Assembly (NCBI GenBank): GCA_049599895.1
Contig: JBMYPC010000060.1
Span: 1-18,074, forward strand
Source of the DNA: Bacteriovoracaceae bacterium
GTDB lineage: Bacteria; Bdellovibrionota; Bacteriovoracia; Bacteriovoracales; Bacteriovoracaceae
Length of the DNA stretch: 18,074 nucleotides
Direction of reading: 5' to 3'
Shown piece by piece: positions 1 to 7,644 of this stretch. The notes below the pieces were generated by a model, which ran no database searches, was not told the origin of the DNA, and saw only the letters and a list, made by a program, of their open reading frames with translations. Made by a program: the position numbers and the translations under genes. Position 1 is the first letter of the stretch. Each line of letters starts with the position of its first letter.

Positions 1-1
1 C

Positions 2-118
2 AATTATTACCGAGATAGTCGGTTTATTGAAACTGTTGGTATAAGCCCAGATATCTTATTAGAATCAGGACAAGATGCTTTGGATATCGCTATTCAAAAA
101 GCGACCTCTCAAAACTGA
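2..118 (+). CDS. 3' end of a gene truncated by the window edge, probably an S41-family (tail-specific) peptidase
   Basis: Frame 2 is open from the window start: NYYRDSRFIETVGISPDILLESGQDALDIAIQKATSQN*, TGA at 116-118. IExxGIxPDI...D.L..A resembles S41 peptidase C-termini. Only 38 aa are visible. Confidence 0.5.
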   Translation, partial: NYYRDSRFIETVGISPDILLESGQDALDIAIQKATSQN

Positions 119-181
119 CTAATGACAAAGAGTTAACCATCTCATTACATGGAAAGATAAAAGTATGAGAAACTCATTGTT

Positions 182-1234
182 ATGGAAAAACTTAGATTCA
201 TTACACTCATTTTATTCACAACCTTTTCATTTTCATCCCAATCTAAAGACCTTGAAAAAGTAACATTCGCAGGTGGCTGTTTCTGGTGTATGGAAGCTCC
301 TTTTGAATCTCTTGTTGGAGTCAAGGAAGTTATCTCGGGGTTCTCTGGAGGAAAGAAATCAAATCCAGGTTACAATGAAGTGGCAAGTGGCCAAACGAAG
401 CACATTGAAGTTGTTCAAATAACTTTTGACCCAAAGCTTGTTGCATTTGAGAGACTTCTTGAAATCTTTTGGTTGCAAATCAACCCCACAGATACTGGTG
501 GTCAATTTGTGGACAGAGGTCATCAATACTCAACAGCCATTTTTTATCATAATGAATCTCAAAAAAAACTTGCTGAAATATCTAAAAAGAGAATTCAAAA
601 ATATTTTCAAAAGCCGATCGTTACAAAAATTCGAAAGTATGAATCTTTCTATCCTGCGAATGACTCTCATCAAGACTTTTACAAAAAATCAATTTATACA
701 ACTCTGAAGTATAAGTATTACCGTGAACGGTCAGGTCGGGATGATTTCTTAAAAAAGCAGTGGAATGATAAACATCCATTACTGTTTAAAGATGCTTCCT
801 ATAAGATACCAAGCAAAAAAGAATTGAAAAAAACTTTATCTGAACTTGAGTACAAAGTGATTGTTGAAGATGGAACAGAGAGGTCTTTTAGCAATGAATA
901 CTGGGATAACAAAAAAGAAGGGATCTATGTCGATAAGGTTTCAGGTGAAGTTCTCTTTAGCTCTACAGATAAATACAAATCGGGAACAGGTTGGCCTTCT
1001 TTTACCAAACCCATCACTCCTCTCAATATTGTAGAAAAAGAAGATAATAAGCTTACATCCACAAGGGTTGAAGTTAGATCAAGAAATGCAAACTCTCATC
1101 TGGGCCACGTCTTCAAAGACGGCCCTGCTCCAACAGGACTTCGATACTGTATCAATTCAGCAGCTTTAACATTCATTCCTAAAGATCAGTTAAAGAGTAA
1201 GGGCTTTTCGCAATACATAAAGCTCTTCAAATAG
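182..1234 (+). CDS. msrAB: Bifunctional peptide methionine sulfoxide reductase MsrA/MsrB with N-terminal signal peptide
   Basis: MsrA motifs [25 protein letters not shown]; MsrB motifs [27 protein letters not shown]; hydrophobic leader [18 protein letters not shown]. Confidence 0.97.
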   Translation: MEKLRFITLILFTTFSFSSQSKDLEKVTFAGGCFWCMEAPFESLVGVKEVISGFSGGKKSNPGYNEVASGQTKHIEVVQITFDPKLVAFERLLEIFWLQINPTDTGGQFVDRGHQYSTAIFYHNESQKKLAEISKKRIQKYFQKPIVTKIRKYESFYPANDSHQDFYKKSIYTTLKYKYYRERSGRDDFLKKQWNDKHPLLFKDASYKIPSKKELKKTLSELEYKVIVEDGTERSFSNEYWDNKKEGIYVDKVSGEVLFSSTDKYKSGTGWPSFTKPITPLNIVEKEDNKLTSTRVEVRSRNANSHLGHVFKDGPAPTGLRYCINSAALTFIPKDQLKSKGFSQYIKLFK

Positions 1235-1248
1235 TCCTCACAATAAGC

Positions 1249-1277
1249 TTGTCTTAACTTAGGCGATTCATTATGCT
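1249..1277 (+). promoter_or_regulatory. Putative sigma70 promoter, leaderless geometry, for ORF 1284
   Basis: TTGTCT (1249-1254), 17 nt, TATGCT (1272-1277), 6 nt, ATG (1284); no Shine-Dalgarno. Confidence 0.55.
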
Positions 1278-1283
1278 TTTGCC

Positions 1284-2255
1284 ATGATGAGACTCTTTTT
1301 TCTTTTTCTTTGCTTATTGCATGCAACAAATACATTCGCTCAAAATCGAGTCGTTGACGTCCTTTCAAGAGAAGAATTTCTTATTGAAGTTGATCCTTTT
1401 TTTGTCAGTAATGACGAACTGATTGCCCTCGTCCAGACTCCTATTGATAATGAAGTTATTGCTCAAGGAGACTGCAAGAAAATAGGAGAACTTTTTTTAT
1501 GTAAGATTAACTCTTCATTAAACTATGGCATTGTGACGAGAAATGCTCCCGTTCGAATTTTTGATTCAACACGCTCTTATGAAAGCTATTCAGGAAACGC
1601 CAATCGAATTATTAGGGATCAACCAAAGATTTTTTATAAATACAAACCTTTACTCAATCAAGGACTGATATCAGGAGAAACGGCTTCAACTTTAAGTAAA
1701 AAAGAATATCTCGTTGATATGTTTGGCTCTACTCACTATGGAGTCACAAATGACTTTAACGTTGGACTTCTTACCACAAGTCTCTTATCTGATCTCATCG
1801 TAACAAAGTTCAAATATCGCTTTTATAAAAGTGATTATATGATTATGTCAGCAAGTCTTGAGCCTAAATATTCTCTTGAAGAAGAAACTTGGAACCATAG
1901 ACTTTCGCTCTATTTTGATACCATTTCAAATGCAAAAGTCATCAACCACCTTACCCTCACTCTTAACCTCAATCGAACAGCGAAGATTGGAACTCAAGAT
2001 CAAGAAGTTGATAAAACACAAATTGATAATAAAATCCAAACCGGTGTGGAATACATCATGGATGATTGGAATAGAATTGTATACGGGCCGTCATTTAACT
2101 TTGATACCGATTCGATTGGTGGATTTGTGAGTTATATTATTCTTTATCAAAGCTGGCATTTTGTTCTCTCATTAGAATCTCAAGATCTTTCAAATTTTAC
2201 TGTCAGCTCAACCGAGGGTTATCTTCCATCATTTTATATTTACTATAGATTTTAG
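1284..2255 (+). CDS. Exported hypothetical protein, probable outer-membrane beta-barrel with N-terminal soluble domain
   Basis: Signal peptide ending TFA-Q; alternating amphipathic strands in the C-terminal two-thirds; ends SFYIYYRF, a typical beta-signal with terminal Phe. Confidence 0.65.
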   Translation: MMRLFFLFLCLLHATNTFAQNRVVDVLSREEFLIEVDPFFVSNDELIALVQTPIDNEVIAQGDCKKIGELFLCKINSSLNYGIVTRNAPVRIFDSTRSYESYSGNANRIIRDQPKIFYKYKPLLNQGLISGETASTLSKKEYLVDMFGSTHYGVTNDFNVGLLTTSLLSDLIVTKFKYRFYKSDYMIMSASLEPKYSLEEETWNHRLSLYFDTISNAKVINHLTLTLNLNRTAKIGTQDQEVDKTQIDNKIQTGVEYIMDDWNRIVYGPSFNFDTDSIGGFVSYIILYQSWHFVLSLESQDLSNFTVSSTEGYLPSFYIYYRF

Positions 2256-2424
2256 CCGGTTTTGCAACTTATCGAAATTTTGTAAAAGCACCTGAGAAGA
2301 CTGATCAACTGACAAATAATTCTGTCGATTTTCATGACAGTGCCTAATAAAAGAGCAGATATGTTACTGAAATAATTGCTCTCTCTAGCGAAGTTCATTC
2401 TTTTGAACTACTCTAGGCATAGAT

Positions 2425-3081
2425 ATGAAATATCTTAAAAAGCCGATATTCTTCTTTCTTCTTTTTACTTCAAATCCCATATTTGCAGCAGGAGGAAATG
2501 TACTCTTTGAATCATTCTTTGGTTTTGGTTACGGGAACTGGGATCAAACCATCGATACAGATGTCACAGGGACAATTGAAGGCGACACTTTTAATTATCA
2601 TTATGGTCTCAATTTACAGTACTACCTCGCATCTGATATCGCAGCACTTGGAGTTGCTTATCGAATAGGTAACGAAAGCTTCTCTTATTCTGAAGACTCT
2701 TCTGAAGATGGTGATGATTCTTGGGCGGCAAAATCTTCAGCGACTTCGAAGAATCTAGGCTTAGCACTAACTCTTCAGATGACCGGTCAAACTCAATTAA
2801 AACTTGTTTACTTCTTTAGTTCATCTCTTGAGCACGATGATCATTTTATCGATACTTTTGGAGTAGTCGAGTATGAAGGTAAGGGATTTTCTATAACCCT
2901 TCAGCGCTCACTCCTTAAGAGCTTGATGTGGACGATCAGCTTTAAATCCATGAGTTACGCCGACGCCTCTATTGACGGTGAGTCCGTAACTTTACCTGGA
3001 GCATTTTCTGATGGAACACTTGGCGAACTATCAAATAAATCCTTAGAGTTTGGCCTGGCATTACCGATAAGGTTTTTGTAA
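2425..3081 (+). CDS. Small outer-membrane beta-barrel protein (hypothetical)
   Basis: Signal peptide ending IFA-A; amphipathic aromatic-rich strands (FGFGYG, YGLNLQYY, LGVAYRIG, LGLALTLQ, GFSITLQ, LEFGLALP) separated by acidic loops. Confidence 0.7.
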   Translation: MKYLKKPIFFFLLFTSNPIFAAGGNVLFESFFGFGYGNWDQTIDTDVTGTIEGDTFNYHYGLNLQYYLASDIAALGVAYRIGNESFSYSEDSSEDGDDSWAAKSSATSKNLGLALTLQMTGQTQLKLVYFFSSSLEHDDHFIDTFGVVEYEGKGFSITLQRSLLKSLMWTISFKSMSYADASIDGESVTLPGAFSDGTLGELSNKSLEFGLALPIRFL

Positions 3082-3099
3082 CCCTTAAGGGATCACAAA

Positions 3100-3936
3100 A
3101 TGCTGGCTGGACTTTTACCCTATATTCTCCTTTTCGCCCTCGCCTCGTGTGGTGAATCGAGTCTCACATCTGCTGATGATAGAGATGGTGGCGTTAGTTC
3201 TTCATGCAGTGGGACCGGAGACATCTCTGGAAAAGTCTCTGATGCCTCTGACGGGAGTGCTATCTCAGATGCAACCGTTACTCATGTTTCTTCAGGTGAT
3301 ACAGATACAACTGATGGTTCAGGGAATTACTCTTTTACAGGACTCTCTGATGGAAACCACGTTTTTACATTTGCCCAAGGGACCTACACATCTCAAAGTG
3401 TAACCGTCACGATCGATTGTAATGAAACAGCAAATGGAAACGTTTCTCTTCTTAACGCCACTCTTTCAACAAATAAAATTACAATTGTTCTTTCTTGGGG
3501 AACATCTCCATCAGATCTCGACTCGCATCTTTATATTCCTCAAACAGCTTCATCAACCTATCACCGCTATTATGCGAATAAAAATACTGATACTAATATT
3601 GATGCTGCTCCCTTTTCAAACCTTGACTATGATCACACAGGAGGGACAGGTCCAGAAACGATTACCGTTCGGTTCCAATCAAGTGCAACTGATTACCCAA
3701 GAACCTATCGCTATTTTGTTAACAATTATTCCCACTCTAACAATGGCTCCAATGATCACTTCAAAGACTCAGAAGCAGTGGTGAGAGTCTATAAAGACGG
3801 TACACTCTCAAATACCTTTAATGTCTCGACCTCAGACGAAAGTAACTATTGGCACGTCTTTGACATGTCAAGCAATGGAACTATCACTTCAAAAAACCTT
3901 TACTCAGATACTATCCCCGATAAAATTTATGAATAA
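3100..3936 (+). CDS. Lipoprotein with carboxypeptidase-regulatory-like (prealbumin-fold) domain and YfaP/DUF2135-like C-terminal domain
   Basis: Lipobox LASC (Cys17); ISGKVSDASDGSAISDATVT...TTDGSGNYSFTGLSDG pattern; ITIVLSWG...DLDSHL...LDYD..GG.GPETIT pattern; AAGGG SD upstream; 18 bp after the barrel gene. Confidence 0.8.
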   Translation: MLAGLLPYILLFALASCGESSLTSADDRDGGVSSSCSGTGDISGKVSDASDGSAISDATVTHVSSGDTDTTDGSGNYSFTGLSDGNHVFTFAQGTYTSQSVTVTIDCNETANGNVSLLNATLSTNKITIVLSWGTSPSDLDSHLYIPQTASSTYHRYYANKNTDTNIDAAPFSNLDYDHTGGTGPETITVRFQSSATDYPRTYRYFVNNYSHSNNGSNDHFKDSEAVVRVYKDGTLSNTFNVSTSDESNYWHVFDMSSNGTITSKNLYSDTIPDKIYE

Positions 3937-3970
3937 TCCCTATGCAAGCCTAGGACAAATCCGACACAAG

Positions 3971-3999
3971 TTGTAGCACTATTTTAATTGAACTATCCT
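3971..3999 (+). promoter_or_regulatory. Putative sigma70 promoter, leaderless geometry, for the photolyase
   Basis: TTGTAG (3971-3976), 17 nt, TATCCT (3994-3999), 6 nt, ATG (4006); no SD. Confidence 0.55.
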
Positions 4000-4005
4000 G
4001 AGCAC

Positions 4006-5484
4006 ATGAAATACGGCATCCATTGGTTTAGACGAGACTTAAGAATTTGCGCAAATCCAGCTCTTCAAAAGAATTGGCAGAAAAACGAAGGAAAAGTCAT
4101 TGGTCTTTTCTGTTTTGATGAGAAATTCCTTTCGCGAGATGACTTCTCGGCGAATCGATTTCAATTTTTTCTTAACACTCTTGGTGAACTAAGAAGGGAG
4201 TTGAGATTACTAGGAAGTGATCTTCTTTTACTTCCCAAGTCTCCTGATTCAGCTTTTGAGTCTCTTTTTAAAGATCTCAAAAATCACGATAAACCTTTTC
4301 CCAATACAATCAGTTGGAATAGAGATTATGAACCTTTTGCAAGGGAAAGAGATAAAAGAATAGACGCTCTATTAAAAGGTCATCAAATTGAAACCTTGAC
4401 CTCACGAGACCATCTGATTATTGAACCCCATGAACTAACGAAAAAAGATTCTTCAGAAACTTATAAAGTCTACACCCCTTTCTCAAGAAGATGGATGGAG
4501 CTCTTCCAAATTAATAAACTTTCACAAAATAGAATTCCACCAAAACAAAGCCTTTTACGCTATATTGAAAATATTCAATCTCCGAAACCTAAACAGTTTT
4601 TTAGTTTGAAGTTTCAAGATATTTTCAGTCAAAATCTTTGTGACCTCGATGCCTTTGAAAATTACGAGGAAAAAAATAAAAAACATGTGACCATCGAAAT
4701 TCCCCCAGCTGGCCATTCTGCTGCCATTAACCGTGTTCTTCAATTTAAAAAAAATGTAGACGCCTACGAAAACATGCGAGATACACCTAGCATTGATGGC
4801 ACATCACAAATTGCTCATTTTCTAAAGAATGGAAGTCTTTCAACTTGTGAAGTCTTATCCCTCCTTGAGCTTCATAAAGACTTTCATGGTCTTCCTTCAT
4901 CAAGACACAAGTATCTCAAAGAGATCATTTGGCGAGAGTTTTATTATCATATTCTTTATCATCATCCTCGAGTTGAAAAAGAGGCCTTTAACATCAAATA
5001 CAAAGACGTCCCCTGGGATAACAATCCCGATTTTTTTCAAAAATGGAAAGACGGGTGTACAGGGTTTCCGATTATTGATGCAGGAATGAGGCAACTCAAA
5101 GAAACAGGTTGGATGCACAATCGAGTCAGAATGATTGTCGCTTCATTTTTAGTAAAAGATCTCAATATCGACTGGCGCCTTGGTGAAGAGTATTTCATGC
5201 GCCAACTTCTCGATGGAGACCTTGCTCCTAACAATGGTGGCTGGCAGTGGGCCGCTTCAACGGGATGTGACGCTCAACCTTATTTTCGAATTTTCAATCC
5301 ATGGTCTCAAAGTAAAAAGTTTGATCCTGATGGAATATACATCAAACGATTTATTCCGGAGTTAAAAGACTTGCCTGCAAAACAACTTCACGCCCCAATT
5401 CTAGACCATAAGAATTATCCAGCGCCAATAGTTGATCACAGCGAAAGAAGAATCAGAACTCTCGAGATCTTTAAATCATTGTGA
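4006..5484 (+). CDS. phrB: Deoxyribodipyrimidine (CPD) photolyase, class I-type
   Basis: HWFRRDLR, WNRDYEP, YKVYTPF, EIIWREFY, TGFPIIDAGMRQL, GWMHNRVRMIVASFL, NNGGWQWAASTG, FRIFNP, FDPDG.YIKRFIPEL. Start placed at ATG 4006 rather than TTG 3988 because homology begins there and the promoter geometry fits. Confidence 0.96.
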   Translation: MKYGIHWFRRDLRICANPALQKNWQKNEGKVIGLFCFDEKFLSRDDFSANRFQFFLNTLGELRRELRLLGSDLLLLPKSPDSAFESLFKDLKNHDKPFPNTISWNRDYEPFARERDKRIDALLKGHQIETLTSRDHLIIEPHELTKKDSSETYKVYTPFSRRWMELFQINKLSQNRIPPKQSLLRYIENIQSPKPKQFFSLKFQDIFSQNLCDLDAFENYEEKNKKHVTIEIPPAGHSAAINRVLQFKKNVDAYENMRDTPSIDGTSQIAHFLKNGSLSTCEVLSLLELHKDFHGLPSSRHKYLKEIIWREFYYHILYHHPRVEKEAFNIKYKDVPWDNNPDFFQKWKDGCTGFPIIDAGMRQLKETGWMHNRVRMIVASFLVKDLNIDWRLGEEYFMRQLLDGDLAPNNGGWQWAASTGCDAQPYFRIFNPWSQSKKFDPDGIYIKRFIPELKDLPAKQLHAPILDHKNYPAPIVDHSERRIRTLEIFKSL

Positions 5485-6405
5485 GTTGATAATTGTCTCT
5501 AACTCTTTAAAGTTTTTCTTAATAAACCACTGATAACGATTTTTATGATCTCGAAAATATTTTAATTCATCGTAACTTAATTGATTCTTTATTTCTTTTG
5601 TAAAGTCTTTTATATAGGGCCTAATTGTGAACAAAAGATAATCTGTTTCTGGAATATACGACAACGTCTGCCTTTCAAATCGAAGATAGATTCTTTGATC
5701 TTCCGCCAAAGGCTTTTCTTCATATTCAGGAAGTCTTAAGATATTCGGCCAAGTTGTTAAAGTCATGGCGCCCAATCTCTCAAATTGAAAATTTTGATCT
5801 TTAATTCTCATGAAAACTTTCTCGGGATATTTGATCACTTTATCAATATCTTGAATTCTTAAATGAAGTTCATCAAAAGTCTTTCCAATCCCCCACTTCG
5901 CTGTCCATTCATTGGGATGGCTTAGATGAATAAGGTCTGTCGTTAAATGGGAATGAGAAACATTAACCAGTGCAAAATCTTCCTGTACATTCATTGCAAA
6001 AAAATCAAACAGATCAATAAAATGATTTTTCTCTCTCTCAAAAGACGACTCTTTGTTAATGATTTTGTTATTAACAAAATGAGAGCCCTCTCTTTTTTGG
6101 TACTCAAAAAAATGGGGATACTCTTTAGACAAAAGATTAAGCAAATACTCAGAAATTCTTTCAAGAGTCTTCTCATTAATGTTTGAATGATAAAATAGCT
6201 CTGGATGATCTTTACGCATCTTCGTTTTAGAATCGTGGTACAAAGTGTAAAACTCTGGATCAACTTGAAAAACTCGCTCGCGATCTTGAGACTTCTCCTT
6301 ATGAAATTCGAGCTTTCGAAGAGCAATCTTTGAAGGGCCTAGTCCCAATCGAAAGGGATCATAGTCTAAATAATCAGAGTTTAACCCCTTGAAATCTAGT
6401 ACCAA
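5476..6405 (-). CDS. DUF3445 / heme-dependent oxidative N-demethylase alpha-subunit-like protein
   Basis: PFRLGL near the N-terminus, VQEDFALV, PNEWTAKWGIGKTFDELH, YLRFERQTL..IP...LLFTIRPY match the family pattern as I recall it; TTG start with GAGGAG SD (6412-6417, minus strand). Confidence 0.8.
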   Translation of the reverse strand: MVLDFKGLNSDYLDYDPFRLGLGPSKIALRKLEFHKEKSQDRERVFQVDPEFYTLYHDSKTKMRKDHPELFYHSNINEKTLERISEYLLNLLSKEYPHFFEYQKREGSHFVNNKIINKESSFEREKNHFIDLFDFFAMNVQEDFALVNVSHSHLTTDLIHLSHPNEWTAKWGIGKTFDELHLRIQDIDKVIKYPEKVFMRIKDQNFQFERLGAMTLTTWPNILRLPEYEEKPLAEDQRIYLRFERQTLSYIPETDYLLFTIRPYIKDFTKEIKNQLSYDELKYFRDHKNRYQWFIKKNFKELETIINSQ

Positions 6406-6440
6406 TTAGCTCTCCTCATTTCTATGGACTTTGACTAAGC

Positions 6441-6468
6441 CTTGACCAACAAAAAAACATTACCATCT
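6441..6468 (+). promoter_or_regulatory. Possible sigma32 (RpoH)-like promoter for the sHSP gene
   Basis: CTTGAC (6441-6446), 14 nt, TACCATCT (6461-6468), versus consensus CTTGAA-N13/14-CCCCATNT; upstream of an Hsp20 gene. Confidence 0.35.
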
Positions 6469-6488
6469 TTTACAAAGTCTTGACCAAC
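6441..6488. repeat. 10-bp perfect direct repeat CTTGACCAAC x2
   Basis: Copies at 6441-6450 and 6479-6488 (38-bp period) in the divergent intergenic region. Confidence 0.75.
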
Positions 6489-6527
6489 GAAACAATTTTT
6501 TGAATAAAATAGTCCAGAGGAGCAATT

Positions 6528-7181
6528 ATGTTCAAGCATCGAAAATTAAAGATATTGATGACAGCACTATTACTTGCACTGACCTTCGTCCCCAGTGCCT
6601 TTTCAAGTGACAATAATGACAAAGATGATCAGCTTGAACCGATATCAGCTGACCACAAATTCGATTTTTCTCAGAAAACAAAACAAAAAGGCATGGCCAA
6701 GAATAGCCAGCAGAAACTGAAAAGAAACTTAAGGCCTTATACAGATGATTTTCAAGGTGTCGATGACATATTTGAAAATATGAAAAAGATGTTTAAATCT
6801 TTTGATGATTCATTTTTTGGAGGAAATCAACTTGGCCAGGGAAGAAACCTTTTTGACTTAAGACTTCATGGTCATCAGGCTATGGGAAACACTATCAACA
6901 TTGAAAGATCTGAAACCGAAAATGAGCTCAAATTCAAAATTAAACTAAAAAATGTAAATAAAGAAAGCCTTAAGATCAATATCGATGAGAATGCTGCCCT
7001 TAAGATTTCAGGTGAAATGAAAAAAGAAACGAAGCAAGAAGATGAAAATGGAAATGTCTTTCGCTCATACTCTTCTTCCACATTTTCTCAAACCCTTCCA
7101 CTGCCTAAAAATGCTGACCCAAGCTCTCTAAAAATACAAGAGTCAAAAGATCAATTGACTTTAGTCTTTAAGAAGCGTTAA
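6528..7181 (+). CDS. Hsp20/alpha-crystallin family protein with Sec signal peptide
   Basis: GAGGAG SD; leader MFKHRKLKILMTALLLALTFVPSAFS; alpha-crystallin domain ETENELKFKIKLKNVNKESLKINID...LKISGE...FSQTLPLPKNAD...LTLVFKK. Confidence 0.85.
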   Translation: MFKHRKLKILMTALLLALTFVPSAFSSDNNDKDDQLEPISADHKFDFSQKTKQKGMAKNSQQKLKRNLRPYTDDFQGVDDIFENMKKMFKSFDDSFFGGNQLGQGRNLFDLRLHGHQAMGNTINIERSETENELKFKIKLKNVNKESLKINIDENAALKISGEMKKETKQEDENGNVFRSYSSSTFSQTLPLPKNADPSSLKIQESKDQLTLVFKKR

Positions 7182-7191
7182 CAAAGCCTAC

Positions 7192-7219
7192 TTGTATTTT
7201 AAATCAGTACGATTATAAT
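7192..7219 (+). promoter_or_regulatory. Putative sigma70 promoter, leaderless geometry, for ORF 7226
   Basis: TTGTAT (7192-7197), 16 nt, TATAAT (7214-7219), 6 nt, ATG (7226); no SD. Confidence 0.6.
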
Positions 7220-7225
7220 TTAAAA

Positions 7226-7642
7226 ATGAATCTTGTTTTTAGAATTTTCTTGCTTACCTTGGTCGCTTGTTCTTATCAACCGAAGAAAACAAACACCCAA
7301 TCAAAAACAAATAATACAATTTCACCTTACAAAATTAACGATTTCTCATTTACCACGAACTCCCCAGTCTTAAAGTCGGAACACATATTTTGTGACAAAA
7401 CGCCTTGTAAAGAAGGACAATGCCTCAAAACTTTTCATGGACTTAAAGTGTGTAGTTCAGCACAAGCAGGAGACTTCTGCATCAAAGATACTGATTGTGT
7501 TTCTACAAAATGTGCTTCTCGAGGTGATGGAGTTAAGGTTTGTATGGGTGATTCTCGTATAGGAGATTTCTGTCAAGCTGAGGCGGATTGCAAGGAGGGC
7601 AGCTGTCAACAGGTCTCCCCTCCCTACAAAGTGTGCCAATAA
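7226..7642 (+). CDS. Small lipoprotein with three tandem 4-Cys repeats
   Basis: Lipobox LVAC (Cys15); three units of (GD)FC-x4/5-C-x4-C-x7-KVC. Confidence 0.8.
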   Translation: MNLVFRIFLLTLVACSYQPKKTNTQSKTNNTISPYKINDFSFTTNSPVLKSEHIFCDKTPCKEGQCLKTFHGLKVCSSAQAGDFCIKDTDCVSTKCASRGDGVKVCMGDSRIGDFCQAEADCKEGSCQQVSPPYKVCQ

Positions 7643-7644
7643 TT

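Noticed and set aside
2305..2331. TCAAC-N14-GTCGATTT as a further sigma28 promoter
   Set aside because: Spacer one base short and several mismatches.
3079..3102. Barrel and lipoprotein genes are in the same frame separated by one TAA, suggesting readthrough or a split gene
   Set aside because: The second ORF has its own SD and lipoprotein signal and the first ends like a complete barrel; same frame has a 1-in-3 chance.
3988..4005. TTG start for the photolyase given by the ORF track
   Set aside because: No SD, it overlaps the predicted promoter, and homology begins at MKYGIHW (4006).
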